From contig CAVSTP010000004.1 in the NCBI GenBank assembly GCA_963730935.1, positions 416,001 to 480,000 of the forward strand: DNA of 64,000 bases, given 5' to 3'. The notes under the pieces are model-generated. The model ran no database searches, was not told where the DNA came from, and saw only the letters and a list, made by a program, of their open reading frames with translations. Shown piece by piece: positions 1 through 10,058 of the stretch; within the stretch, counting starts at the first letter, position 1, and the number at the start of each line of letters is the position of its first letter. The translations under genes were made by a program, and so were the position numbers. The stretch comes from an uncultured Nitrospiraceae bacterium (GTDB taxonomy: Bacteria > Nitrospirota > Nitrospiria > Nitrospirales > Nitrospiraceae).

Positions 1-28
1 CACGTTGATGCCGTTGCAAGCGTCTCGC

Positions 29-1051
29 TCATCGCGACACCACCACGCGAATCGGTTTGCGGCCGACCGGAACGGTCGCCAAGGTCTGGCCCGTACCTGT
101 ATCGATGACCCGTATTTCATTGCCTTTGTCGTGGGCGACGAAGAGCCTGGTCCCCTCAGGATTCGACCAGATGCCGTTCGGCCCGTCACCGACGGAGATC
201 TCATCCACGACTTTCAGATTTGTCGGATCTCCCGACAGGCCGACGACTTTGTTGAGGCTTCCGACCGTCACATAGGCGATGGGACCTTGGGTGCCTTTAT
301 AGGCGAAGGCGATCTGTTGAGGCTTGTCACCCACCGTGAAGGCGCCGACTTTTTCATGGTTTTCCGAATCCAGTACATACACATCGTTCTCGCCGGTATT
401 GACTCCCCACACGAATCCGCTGCGGCTCACGACGAGGAAATGGGGATTGGCGCCGACGGGGATGGTCTTGATCACTTGATGCGAGGCCGTGTCAATGACT
501 CCCACGGTTTTCTCACCTTGGCTGCTGACGAACGCATAGCGGCCGTCGTGCGAGAAGGTGAGACCGGTCGGTCCCTTGCTCACCGGGATGGTGCCAAGGA
601 TTCTGAACGTGGTGGTATCGACAATGGAGATGGTGTTGTCGCCGATATTGGCCACCCAGAGCTGGCTGTCGTCATTGCTCAAGGCCACCACGTGGCATCG
701 CTCGCCGGTATAGATCGACGCGATTGTTTCTCTTTTTGTCGTGTCGATTACGGACACCCGCCCTGAAGCGAGGTTTGTCGCATAAAGGCGTCGACCGTCA
801 CGGCTGATGGCGAGGTCATGGGTCGAGTGGTTCATAGCTGCGATCGTCCCGACGGGCTCGAAGGTCGTCGCATCGATGACGCTGACGTCATTGCTGCTCT
901 CGTTCGCCACGTAAATCCGGGACGGTAGAGACGCCGAATCGGACTTCACCGCATAGGAGCCGATTTTTGAAGGTTCGAATGAATCCGCGCAACCCGCAAG
1001 CGTGAGAGCCAATATCGACAGCAGACCAAGATGATGACGTGAGCCAATCAT
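29..1051 (-). CDS. YVTN/YncE-family beta-propeller lipoprotein
   Basis: Lipobox LAGC; repeated 'YVAN..S..VSVID..T...+.TI.VG..P' blades. Confidence 0.85.
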   Translation of the reverse strand: MIGSRHHLGLLSILALTLAGCADSFEPSKIGSYAVKSDSASLPSRIYVANESSNDVSVIDATTFEPVGTIAAMNHSTHDLAISRDGRRLYATNLASGRVSVIDTTKRETIASIYTGERCHVVALSNDDSQLWVANIGDNTISIVDTTTFRILGTIPVSKGPTGLTFSHDGRYAFVSSQGEKTVGVIDTASHQVIKTIPVGANPHFLVVSRSGFVWGVNTGENDVYVLDSENHEKVGAFTVGDKPQQIAFAYKGTQGPIAYVTVGSLNKVVGLSGDPTNLKVVDEISVGDGPNGIWSNPEGTRLFVAHDKGNEIRVIDTGTGQTLATVPVGRKPIRVVVSR

Positions 1052-1083
1052 GATGCCTCCATAAATGGAATGGCCGCCTGAGA

Positions 1084-4000
1084 TCAGTGCACTTGGCCGA
1101 GCACCAGTTGGCCCTCGACCTCGCCTTTCTTGACGGGATGTTGATTTTGCCCGGTCACTTCCGGAACTTTTTTTGAGACATACCCGTACACTTCGTCGAC
1201 CGTCACGATTCCATCCTTGTCAGCGTCGGCCTTTCCGCGCAATCCCTCCAGAAGATAATAGGTAAATACGCCGTGGCCGAGCTCCTCCCGCTCCTCGCTT
1301 ACTTCGCTGGCTTTGCTGGCGCTCAGCACGATGCGGCCTTTTCCTTTTGACAGACGGTTGAGAAACGTTTCCGAAACGACAGCCCGCCGTGATGCGGTGG
1401 CAAACGTGCGGCCTGCCGTGGCGCCGCTATAGCACGAGTCGCTGATAAAGATGATGCGCTCAGGTGTGAGTCGCTGAAAAATCGTTTCGATCTCTCTCAT
1501 CGGAAGACCCGTTGTGTAGAGATCACGTGGGTCAGCGTCATATGGCACGATGTATTTTTCCAAGCCGTCGTCGTCGCCGGCCGAGGCATCCGCTTCCGGC
1601 GCCCCGTGGCCGGCGTAGTACACGATCACCGTATCCTTCTCTCCCGCCTTCCGCCTGAGGTCGGTCCCCAGCGTGCGCTTGAGGTTCATCAACGTGGCTT
1701 GCTCGTTCAGCAGCAGCGTGGTCTGTTCCTTCGGAATGCCGATGTACTGCCCGAGGTATTCGTAAAAGGCCAGCGCGTCCTTGTCCGCATAACGGAGTGG
1801 TTGGACTGTCTTGTACTGTGAGATCCCGATGACGACCGCCCAAATTTTGCCCCGATCGACCAGGCGGGTTACGTGCAACGTCCGGCTGGCGGACAGATTG
1901 TCACGATCGATTGCCGTCACGACGATTTGGTTTCTGCCTTCCAGCAGAGCGAGGCGTTCGGAAAATTCGAGATTGGTGGAGACATCGGGCACGCCGGGTT
2001 TAACGGCGACACCACGGTGCTCACGCTGTGTGAGCAGCTGGCCGTTGAGACGGATCTCAACTCGCGCGACGCCTTTCTCGCTGGCGGCCGCCCCGGCAAG
2101 ATTGATGCGATCCATGCCAACTTCCATTCCGTCGGTGGGAGTGGCCAGTGCGATCACGGGCGGCGCGTTTTGATACAGCTTGACGACCGGTGTGCCTGAA
2201 ATGCTCGGAACTGGCATCTCGCCTTTGATTGGCTCCTGCGGCTCTTTCACATCGGCTTTGGCCACCCATCCGATTTCCTTCGGAGAAAGTTGCACCCGGT
2301 ACCAATCGCCTAATTCACCGGTGACGGCGAGGCCTTGGTCTTTAACACCGGACGCGATGACCAATGTTTCCGCGCCGGCGCCGCTGTGAATTTTAATCGA
2401 GGCCGGGCCGATGGCGACCAGTTTATTGGTGGCGATGATCTGCGGAGCAACTCGATGATCGATCTCGATCTTGACCATCTCCTCCAGCGTGGTGTTCGAA
2501 CCGCGTTCCTTGATGAACAGTCGAAGGGGAAGGTGTTCATCCCGGATGTCCCGGCCCACAAAGAGGTTGGCGCTGGCATGCTTAGTCTCGTCAGGCTTCA
2601 GCGTGCCGAATTCTAGCAGGGTCTTATTTAATTTCACGCTGAGATTCGGCGGAAATGTGATTTCGACCGAAGTATGTTGAGCAGGCACCGCTCCGACATT
2701 TTTGACCGTGACTAGCAGATCGACGGCTTCTCCCTTTTGGATGCGCCCGTCCCCGTTGCCGACCGAGATGCCGCTGCCGTCGTCAATGATTTGCAAGGTA
2801 TACGCAAAGCGGGGGCGTGGAAGGCCCTTGAATGCGAGCATGGCTTTGAGATGATCCGGAACGAATCCATTATATTCTTCGAATTCCACACGCACCGGAA
2901 TGGATCCGTCCGGACGGTCGGCGGGAATCCGGACCGTCACCACATCATCAGCGGTCTGTCCACCATCGATCTTTCCCAAATAGAACAGATGTCCGTCGAG
3001 CGACGGATCGTCGCTCTTGATTCTTGCTTGAAATCGATAGAGTGGTCCCTTGCCTCTATTTGTCACTGAAAGCGTGAGGGTCACAGTGCTACCGGCTTTC
3101 ACTTCAGTCGGCTGGATGGCGAGATCGGCTTCAGGCCGCGGCGGTGGAGAAGGCACGGCACCGATTTCGTTGCCGCGCCGCTGAATCTTTTCGGACAGCT
3201 GTGCGCTGAGCGCCGGAGGTGTTGGCGGTTGAATTCTCACAGAACGGTCGCGACCGCCTGAAGCCACAAGCCCGCCATCCGGAGAGACCGCAACCGACCA
3301 GACCGGGCCTTTGTGGCCGCCAAGGGAATGCCGTTCGTTCCCCGTTGCCACGTCCCAAACACGCACCGTGCCATCGGCACCAGCCGAGATAAGGGTACGG
3401 CCGTCCGGGGAAAACGTGATGGCATACACTTCCCCTTTATGACCGGTGAGTGTGAAGCGTTCTTCTCCGCTGGCGAGGTCCCACAGTCGAATGGTGGAGT
3501 CGGCCGAGGCGCTCGCGAGCCACTGGCTGTTGGCGTGAAACGCAATGCCGTGGACGGCGCGCGTATGGCCGGTGAGCGTGTGTTTTTGCCTGCCGGTTGC
3601 CAGATCCCATAGGTGAATCTGCGTGTCGCTGCTGCCGGTCGCCAGCATTTTTCCGTCAGGTGAGAACCGAAGGGCAAACACGATGCCGAATTGCCCGCGC
3701 ACGGATTTCAATTCTTTGCCGGTTGAGGCATCCCACAATCGAAAGCTGCCGTCGTTGCCGCCCGTGGCGAGTGTTTTGCCATCGGATGAAAACGTCACGG
3801 AACGGACTGCACCGAAAGCGGAGGTGACAGCCAACAGCTCCCGCCCGGATGACACATCCCAGACGCGAATCGACGTATCGGCGCTGCCGGAGGCAAGAAG
3901 CGCCCCGTCCGGGGAGAAGGCGACGGCGTGCACCGCCCCCATGTGGTTGCGCAATACGCGGAGATCGCGACCGGTGTCGGATTCCCAGAGTCGAATGGTT

Positions 4001-4197
4001 TGATCGGTGCTGGCGGAGGCGACTACACGGCCGTCCGGGGAGAAGGCGACGGCAAGAACATCGTTGGTGTGACCGGTGAGCAGGCGAGGCGCCTGCTCAA
4101 GCGCCAAGCCCGTTGCAGGGAAAAGGAAAAGTCCCCACGCTGCCAACCAGAGACAAGGACGCGCGCGCATGATGCGGATACGGCCCTTTCCGCTCAT
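1084..4197 (-). CDS. Secreted WD40-repeat + Ig-like/SH3-like + peptidase C14 (caspase-like) protein
   Basis: Signal peptide; about 7 GH...WD repeats; C-terminal 'WAVVIGIS.Y', YYAGHG and SDSCYSG dyad motifs; RBS GAGGAG. Confidence 0.88.
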   Translation of the reverse strand: MSGKGRIRIMRARPCLWLAAWGLFLFPATGLALEQAPRLLTGHTNDVLAVAFSPDGRVVASASTDQTIRLWESDTGRDLRVLRNHMGAVHAVAFSPDGALLASGSADTSIRVWDVSSGRELLAVTSAFGAVRSVTFSSDGKTLATGGNDGSFRLWDASTGKELKSVRGQFGIVFALRFSPDGKMLATGSSDTQIHLWDLATGRQKHTLTGHTRAVHGIAFHANSQWLASASADSTIRLWDLASGEERFTLTGHKGEVYAITFSPDGRTLISAGADGTVRVWDVATGNERHSLGGHKGPVWSVAVSPDGGLVASGGRDRSVRIQPPTPPALSAQLSEKIQRRGNEIGAVPSPPPRPEADLAIQPTEVKAGSTVTLTLSVTNRGKGPLYRFQARIKSDDPSLDGHLFYLGKIDGGQTADDVVTVRIPADRPDGSIPVRVEFEEYNGFVPDHLKAMLAFKGLPRPRFAYTLQIIDDGSGISVGNGDGRIQKGEAVDLLVTVKNVGAVPAQHTSVEITFPPNLSVKLNKTLLEFGTLKPDETKHASANLFVGRDIRDEHLPLRLFIKERGSNTTLEEMVKIEIDHRVAPQIIATNKLVAIGPASIKIHSGAGAETLVIASGVKDQGLAVTGELGDWYRVQLSPKEIGWVAKADVKEPQEPIKGEMPVPSISGTPVVKLYQNAPPVIALATPTDGMEVGMDRINLAGAAASEKGVARVEIRLNGQLLTQREHRGVAVKPGVPDVSTNLEFSERLALLEGRNQIVVTAIDRDNLSASRTLHVTRLVDRGKIWAVVIGISQYKTVQPLRYADKDALAFYEYLGQYIGIPKEQTTLLLNEQATLMNLKRTLGTDLRRKAGEKDTVIVYYAGHGAPEADASAGDDDGLEKYIVPYDADPRDLYTTGLPMREIETIFQRLTPERIIFISDSCYSGATAGRTFATASRRAVVSETFLNRLSKGKGRIVLSASKASEVSEEREELGHGVFTYYLLEGLRGKADADKDGIVTVDEVYGYVSKKVPEVTGQNQHPVKKGEVEGQLVLGQVH

Positions 4198-4452
4198 CGT
4201 GTTCTCCTCGGCCTACGAGGAGAACACCAGCCAACGTCTATGTATCAATCAACGAATGCAAATCCTTTAAGCATTGTCAAATTGCTACTTCTCGTATTTC
4301 CGGTCGAAAGTTGCCCGCGCTGCCCAGCCACGCGTGTGTCGAGCAACTATTACGTAAGGTTCAACCGCTGGGAGCGCAAGTCTATTGATGGGGGTATGAA
4401 GAAGTCAACGAAGCGGCTGGTTCACCATACAAAAGAGGGGGATAAAAACCAT

Positions 4453-6939
4453 TTAGCTGCCTTGGGGCACAAAGATAAAGTCCCCGAGGCTTTCGTGGCC
4501 GGCCATGTGGATGGGATCGTAGGTGGGGATCTGTTCGGTATTCAGTTTTTGGGACAGACTGACAACGCGTGTGCGCACGGCCCAGAATAGACGCTCTGCT
4601 TCAAGGACTGACATGTTTTCCTCTAGGACGCCGAGAAACGCGTCGGCGAAGACCGAGTGTCCGCTGCCGCCGGCATCCAGCACGGGTTTGACGCCGCCGG
4701 ATGTCATGGCGGTGCGAACCCGCTTCTGAGACAGCGTCTTGAGGAGATCGAGGCGGGCATCTTCCGTGAGCCCGGGTTTCAATTGTGCGAGAGTCGTGCG
4801 CGTCAGCTTCCCGCTAAAACAGGAGTCGGCCACCACGAGAACGTGCTTGGCGGACATTAATTGGAGCATATCTGTGACGCCGGGGAGCAACAGCCATTCC
4901 GAATTGTCGTTAACCTCCGCATCCACCGGAATCCAGTACCCGCGATCGATGCCCTGTTCAAGATGGCCGTGACCGGCATAATAGATCAACAAATTGTCTT
5001 TTTCGGTCAACATCTTCCGATACTGGTTCAGGGCCTTCATGATCTGGGAGCGGGTGGCATCCTTGAGCAACGTCACCTGAAAGCCGTAATTGGATTCCAG
5101 CACCTTAGCGACGGCGGACGCATCGGCGATGGCATTCATCAGCTCGGGCCAATGCCTGTAGTGGTCGTTGCCGATGACGAGCGCATGGTAGCGGCCGAAA
5201 CCGGCCAATTCCTGTTTGGGAGTCGTGGGAACCAATTTGGCGCCGCCACGCCCTTTCAATGAGAACTTCATCGCCGCGCGCTTGTTTTGCGTGTCGATGG
5301 CCAGGATTTGGACGGCTATTTCTTCCGTGTTGGATCGGATCGGCGGCAGGATGGTCGTGAAGATACCATCGGCATTGGGGTTCACGGATTCACCGTTGAC
5401 GGTCAGACTGCGCAGGCCGGCCGGAGCAAGCACACGCCCGGTGATGGATCGCCGGGCCCCCAAGCCGACTGGAATCACTGCCTGATCCGTGGTGACCTGA
5501 ATGCCCCTTGTCCTGGCCAGCGGAGGATCAATGATGTCCAAGGAAGGACCCTCAAACCCCAGATCGACGGTCGAGGCAGCCTGTAGCGCGTTCGCCTGTT
5601 TCGCCGCATCGGCTTCAAGCTGGGCGATTTTCTGTTGCAACTGCGCGATCTCTTGCTGACGTTGCTCGTTCTCGCGCTTCGTCTTTCCCAGGTCTTGCTG
5701 GAGATTCCTGACCGTCTCTTCATACGTACCGATCGTCGCAGACTGATCAGGTTTGGCCCGCAGCTGCTCGAGCTCGACGCGCGCCTCCTGATAGCGCCGC
5801 TCCGTGTCCTCGATCTTCCGCTGACCTTCCTGAGCCTGTTGCTGGCGCTCGGCAACCAGAGTATTCAACCGGCTGAGTTCCAGATCGGCCGTCGATAACT
5901 GTGTCCGGAGCCGTTGTGCTTCCGTGTCCTTCCTGGCGACGGTCTGCTCCAAGATTTGGATACGTTCCGCATTCTTCTCCAAAATGCCGACGCGAGTCTG
6001 GAGCCTGGCGACCTCTGAATCCCGTTCTGCAAGATGGCGCTGGTTTTGCTGCATGGCTGTCTTCGCGTCCTGGAGCTGACTCTCGAGTGAAGCCACTCGA
6101 GGGGTCGCATCCGGTTTAGCTTTGAGCGCTGCCAGATCCTTCTCGAGCGATCTAACGTGGTCTTCCTGCTGCCGGACTTTCACTCGAGCCTGTTGTGTTT
6201 CCGTCGTGCGGTCGTTCAGCTCCCGCCGGACGGTTTCCATCTCGCCGTTGACCCGTCCAAGCTCACGATTGAGAGTCCTGATTTCCTCATCCTTGGCCGC
6301 GACAGTCTGTTCCAAATCTTGTACACGAGTCATTGATTGAGGTTGTGCTAAAGGCTTGATCGAGAGGTTCAGCAGGGCGGCTTTGCTTAAATCGGACGCC
6401 GTGGCATACCACCGGAACGCCTCGGCAGGGTCCTTCGCCACTCCCAACCCCTGCTCGAAGAGCCGGCCGAGGGATATGGCCGCACGTTTGTCGCCCTGGT
6501 CGGCCGATTTTCGATACCAGGCTGCCGCCTGCGGGTAATCCGCCGTAGCGCCCAGACCCCTCTCATAAATGGTTCCAGCATAATATTGGGCTTCGGCGGA
6601 ACCTTTTTCTGCCTCTCCGAGCCAGATCTTCAGCGCTGACCGATAGTCCCCACGATCGGCCAAAACGTATTCGCCGCCGCGGATGGCACAATCTTCCTTG
6701 GTTGTTCGTACCGGCCGACGCTCGGTGACATAGGTCGTCATCGTGCCAAGCTGACGGATCTGACCGGGAAGGAGACAGTCCACGATCTCATAGGCATCGG
6801 CATTTCCTGGTCGATTGACGGCATCGCTGACGGCGGTGACCGAATCGGCGGCAGGGTCTGACGCACAGGCGAACAGCGCCATTGCCAGGAGAGACGAGGT
6901 GAAGTTCGTACAAAATTGGTCGCGTTTAGAGTGAGCCAT
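4453..6939 (-). CDS. Lipoprotein with Sel1 repeats, long coiled coil and peptidase C14 (caspase-like) domain
   Basis: LFAC lipobox; AQY..G.IYE.GLG Sel1 repeats; Q/E/R-rich heptads; 'YHALVIGND.Y', YYAGHG, ADSCFSG. Confidence 0.86.
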   Translation of the reverse strand: MAHSKRDQFCTNFTSSLLAMALFACASDPAADSVTAVSDAVNRPGNADAYEIVDCLLPGQIRQLGTMTTYVTERRPVRTTKEDCAIRGGEYVLADRGDYRSALKIWLGEAEKGSAEAQYYAGTIYERGLGATADYPQAAAWYRKSADQGDKRAAISLGRLFEQGLGVAKDPAEAFRWYATASDLSKAALLNLSIKPLAQPQSMTRVQDLEQTVAAKDEEIRTLNRELGRVNGEMETVRRELNDRTTETQQARVKVRQQEDHVRSLEKDLAALKAKPDATPRVASLESQLQDAKTAMQQNQRHLAERDSEVARLQTRVGILEKNAERIQILEQTVARKDTEAQRLRTQLSTADLELSRLNTLVAERQQQAQEGQRKIEDTERRYQEARVELEQLRAKPDQSATIGTYEETVRNLQQDLGKTKRENEQRQQEIAQLQQKIAQLEADAAKQANALQAASTVDLGFEGPSLDIIDPPLARTRGIQVTTDQAVIPVGLGARRSITGRVLAPAGLRSLTVNGESVNPNADGIFTTILPPIRSNTEEIAVQILAIDTQNKRAAMKFSLKGRGGAKLVPTTPKQELAGFGRYHALVIGNDHYRHWPELMNAIADASAVAKVLESNYGFQVTLLKDATRSQIMKALNQYRKMLTEKDNLLIYYAGHGHLEQGIDRGYWIPVDAEVNDNSEWLLLPGVTDMLQLMSAKHVLVVADSCFSGKLTRTTLAQLKPGLTEDARLDLLKTLSQKRVRTAMTSGGVKPVLDAGGSGHSVFADAFLGVLEENMSVLEAERLFWAVRTRVVSLSQKLNTEQIPTYDPIHMAGHESLGDFIFVPQGS

Positions 6940-6995
6940 CGGCAGCCGTGGAGGTTTCTCTCTCAGGTCTTAATCGGTCGGCCAGCAAGAAAGGT

Positions 6996-7010
6996 TCAAT
7001 CGGGATGCCA
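6996..7010 (-). promoter_or_regulatory. Possible sigma54-type promoter for the C14 gene
   Basis: Minus strand TGGCAT-CCCGA-TTGA; the -12 element is GA rather than GC. Confidence 0.3.
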
Positions 7011-7162
7011 GCTAATGGTTACACCCGAGTGCTCGTTGCAGACGGCTCCCAGTCTACCTATAATGGGCTCCCACGCCAAGGGCCTATTCAGGAAAATCGC
7101 GTTTGAACAGTTTCCAGAAGCTGCACGACACACGTTGTGTGGGAACCAGACGAGGAGGCCGC

Positions 7163-8539
7163 ATGATTGAAAGGATGGTCGCGCAGCTGCGGATGCCCGG
7201 GCATCACCGGCCGTTAGTCACCGGTGTGCTGTTCGGCTTGGTCAGTGTCTTCGCGATGTCTCCATTCGCCGACGCGCAAGTCCTCAATGACAAAGTCAAC
7301 TCGTTATTGGCCAACAACTGCGCCCAGCTGTTGCAAGGAGCTGGATCAGCAGTGCTTGGTCCCAATTTGGCGGCAGCCTGTACAGGTAGTACCGGTGCTA
7401 CCGGTTCGGGAAATTCGGCAGGGGGCGGCGCCACCGCCGTTCAAACGACGGCAGCGTCAATTCTGAATCGCAATATCCTGTCCCGTTTGGAGGACGTCCG
7501 TAACGAAGAGGATTCGTCAAAAAAGTCTTCTTCTGCGATGGCGATGAATCCGTTCGGAATGTTGGCGCCGGGCATGATCCGCGGCTTTGGCACATTGGCA
7601 CCGGTGAATCAGACAGGGGATGGCTCTTCGGCGAATTTTGCCACCAGCAGTCAGAGCCGCATGAAAGGGTTTGGATTCTTCGCCTCCGGCTTGGTGGAAG
7701 CGTTGAATCGCGACGTCACGACATTCCAGGACGGTTATAAGTCCATGATTCTGGGGATCACAGCCGGCGCTGACTATCGCTTCAACCGACAGACCGTTGG
7801 CGGTGTCGCCGTCAACTATGCCAACACACATGGCGATTTCAAAAATGGGGGTGATTTCAACACAAATAGTGTCGGAATGCTTCTCTTTGGATCGTACCTA
7901 CCGACCGATCGGACGTTCGTCCAAGTGACCGGTGGATACACGCATAACAGCTATCTGGTGTCGCGCACAGCTCAAGCTTTCATTCCTGGGGTAGGTGGTG
8001 GGCCCAATCGAAATCTCGCGGGTATTCCGAGCAGCAATTCAAACGGCGACGTGTTCCGGACTAGCTTATTGGCCGGCTACGATCATCCCATCGGCATGTT
8101 CACGGTCGGTCCCCGTGTGGGAGTGAACTACACGAACACTCACATCGGCAGTTACTCGGAAACCAGCGGTGGCGGTCTTGGATTACGATTTGACGACCAA
8201 TGGGTGAACTCGCTCCAGAGCGTGTTGGGGGTCCAGGCACAAGCGGCCATCGGCACGTCCATGGGCGTGCTCGTTCCGCAAGCCAATGCTGATTACATTC
8301 ATGAATTCGCGAACTCGCAACGCTTCATCAACGTGGCCTTCTTCGAAGACAACCGGGCCAATCCGCTCAAATTCACCTTTCAAAACGACGTACCAGTCAG
8401 GAATTACTTTAATCTGGGCACCGGCCTCGTCATGGTGTTGCCCAACGGCTGGCAGCCTTTTGTGAATTTCCGCGCGATGGTGGGGAACACTCAGTTCAAC
8501 AACTACGCCGGCACATTTGGGTTGAGAATCGACTTGTAG
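7163..8539 (+). CDS. Autotransporter-type outer-membrane beta-barrel protein with short passenger
   Basis: RBS GAGGAGG; signal peptide; amphipathic strands (GADYRF, VGPRVGVNY, YIHEF); C-terminal FGLRIDL. Confidence 0.8.
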   Translation: MIERMVAQLRMPGHHRPLVTGVLFGLVSVFAMSPFADAQVLNDKVNSLLANNCAQLLQGAGSAVLGPNLAAACTGSTGATGSGNSAGGGATAVQTTAASILNRNILSRLEDVRNEEDSSKKSSSAMAMNPFGMLAPGMIRGFGTLAPVNQTGDGSSANFATSSQSRMKGFGFFASGLVEALNRDVTTFQDGYKSMILGITAGADYRFNRQTVGGVAVNYANTHGDFKNGGDFNTNSVGMLLFGSYLPTDRTFVQVTGGYTHNSYLVSRTAQAFIPGVGGGPNRNLAGIPSSNSNGDVFRTSLLAGYDHPIGMFTVGPRVGVNYTNTHIGSYSETSGGGLGLRFDDQWVNSLQSVLGVQAQAAIGTSMGVLVPQANADYIHEFANSQRFINVAFFEDNRANPLKFTFQNDVPVRNYFNLGTGLVMVLPNGWQPFVNFRAMVGNTQFNNYAGTFGLRIDL

Positions 8540-8630
8540 TGTAGGCAGCAGGGTCACGATTCTCACCCATACCTGATGTTCTCATAACGGTGTAGACTGC
8601 TTCGTTTCCCCGAGAATTCTTCGCCGTCTC

Positions 8631-8668
8631 GCGCCCGTAGCTCAGTTGGGTAGAGCATCAGCCTTCTA
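8631..8668 (+). pseudogene. 5'-half copy of tRNA-Arg(UCU) (att-like junction)
   Basis: 37/38 identical to 15909-15946; homology stops in the anticodon loop. Confidence 0.9.
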
Positions 8669-8809
8669 TCTGACTAGAGGATTGCCTAAGTCGTTGATGG
8701 CCTGGGCAATCCCTTCGTCATTCTTGGCGATTCTCGGTTTTTGAGCCTTCCGCTCTCTTTGTCTCATCTTCGTGTCATCTAATTCCAATTTAGCGCGTTT
8801 TCTAACACC

Positions 8810-9166
8810 CTAATAACACCTGCTCCGATGCCCCCGGCACCAAAAAATCGCAGGCCGTCGGCTCGCGATATCAGCACTTCGATGCGGCGGTAAGTTTCGA
8901 CGCAGTGGAGGGTTAGCACTAAGCTCGTTCTCTAACTCGTAAGTTTTGCCGTTTCTCACATCACGCAAACCCATGTGGTCTACATGCCCTGAACGATAAA
9001 CCGTCGCCATGTGTCGTCCGGCCTCATGAACGGCTGCGTTGTTTATAGGACCGATGGTAAAGAAGTTCATAAGACCGCGAACCATCACAACGATTGGCTG
9101 TGTCTCATAGACTGCCAGAAGCCTTGCTGCCTGCAATGCCATGTCCTCTCGTCGGAATTGATACAT
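8810..9166 (-). CDS. Hypothetical protein
   Basis: ORF with ATG and GAGG upstream; no recognised motif. Confidence 0.35.
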   Translation of the reverse strand: MYQFRREDMALQAARLLAVYETQPIVVMVRGLMNFFTIGPINNAAVHEAGRHMATVYRSGHVDHMGLRDVRNGKTYELENELSANPPLRRNLPPHRSADIASRRPAIFWCRGHRSRCY

Positions 9167-9266
9167 AAGAGTCCTCGCTATGGCTAAGGGTTAGCACTGG
9201 GGCACATCCAATCGGTTGTTTAGAACTCGTGGTGCTGATCTAGGCGATCCTTGGCGCCAGGCCATA

Positions 9267-9485
9267 CTATTTTCGGCCCCCCATGAACTTCTTGTACTTT
9301 GCCAACCGCCGGTCAATGTTCTCTTCGTTGTCCGTCAGCCAGGAATGGCAAATATGGACGATCACGTCTGACAACGAGGTCCCATGCGTGCCAATCAGTT
9401 CTTTGAGTTCATGTTGCAGAAACGAAGGCACGGTAATGCTGAAGTGCTCGGTTCGAGAATGGTCCGGCGATGCTGACTTGCCCAT
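9267..9485 (-). CDS. Small ribbon-helix-helix (CopG/Arc-like) protein
   Basis: MGKS...FSITVP..LQ.ELKEL....GTSLSDVI..I pattern; GGGGG upstream of ATG. Confidence 0.55.
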   Translation of the reverse strand: MGKSASPDHSRTEHFSITVPSFLQHELKELIGTHGTSLSDVIVHICHSWLTDNEENIDRRLAKYKKFMGGRK

Positions 9486-9636
9486 AACGCCCCCGGTGGT
9501 ATAGGATATTACCGGTTCAATATAGCACCAATATCGAACCGTAACAAGCCAAACATCAAAAACCACTACCTAGCCCACACGCTTGGTAGAAAACAGGAAG
9601 GGACATCAGCGCCGCGCATCATGACGAGAGGGCGGT

Positions 9637-10035
9637 ATGACTCGTGAAGAGATTATTCGGATCTTATTGGTCGACGACGTCGAACTTGTCCGGCATACGT
9701 TGCGGACGATCCTCTCGGCCTATCCGCGTTTGGCAATTGTGGGCGAAGCCTGCGATGGAGAAGAAGCTCTTGCGTGGGTCCAGCGATGCGATCCCTTGGT
9801 GGTGGTGATGGACATTCAAATGCCGCGCCTCAACGGCATTCAGGCGACGACGCTCATTAAACGGTATTTCCCTTACGTGATCGTAGTGGGGCTGTCCGTC
9901 CACGCCACCGAGGACCTGCGTCAAGAGATGATTACAGCTGGCGCTAGCAGTGTGCTCTCCAAAGACCATGCCTGTGCGCGGCTCCATGAGGAAATCACGA
10001 AAGCCGTGAATTACCGGTCCGCGTTGCTATCGTAA
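9637..10035 (+). CDS. Stand-alone response regulator receiver (NarL-type REC, no HTH)
   Basis: ILLVDD, VGEA.DG, MDIQMP..NG, LS, K motifs. Confidence 0.88.
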   Translation: MTREEIIRILLVDDVELVRHTLRTILSAYPRLAIVGEACDGEEALAWVQRCDPLVVVMDIQMPRLNGIQATTLIKRYFPYVIVVGLSVHATEDLRQEMITAGASSVLSKDHACARLHEEITKAVNYRSALLS

Positions 10036-10058
10036 CGGCATTCCGTGGGGAGGTGGTT

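Noticed and set aside
5..766. 253-aa plus-strand ORF
   Set aside because: Antisense shadow of the YVTN gene; no motifs
8631..8710. Second intact tRNA-Arg
   Set aside because: No T-arm or acceptor 3' strand follows; the same applies to the copy at 13100
9191..9240. CIRCE element (TTAGCACT)
   Set aside because: Only a half-site; no inverted partner at 9-bp spacing
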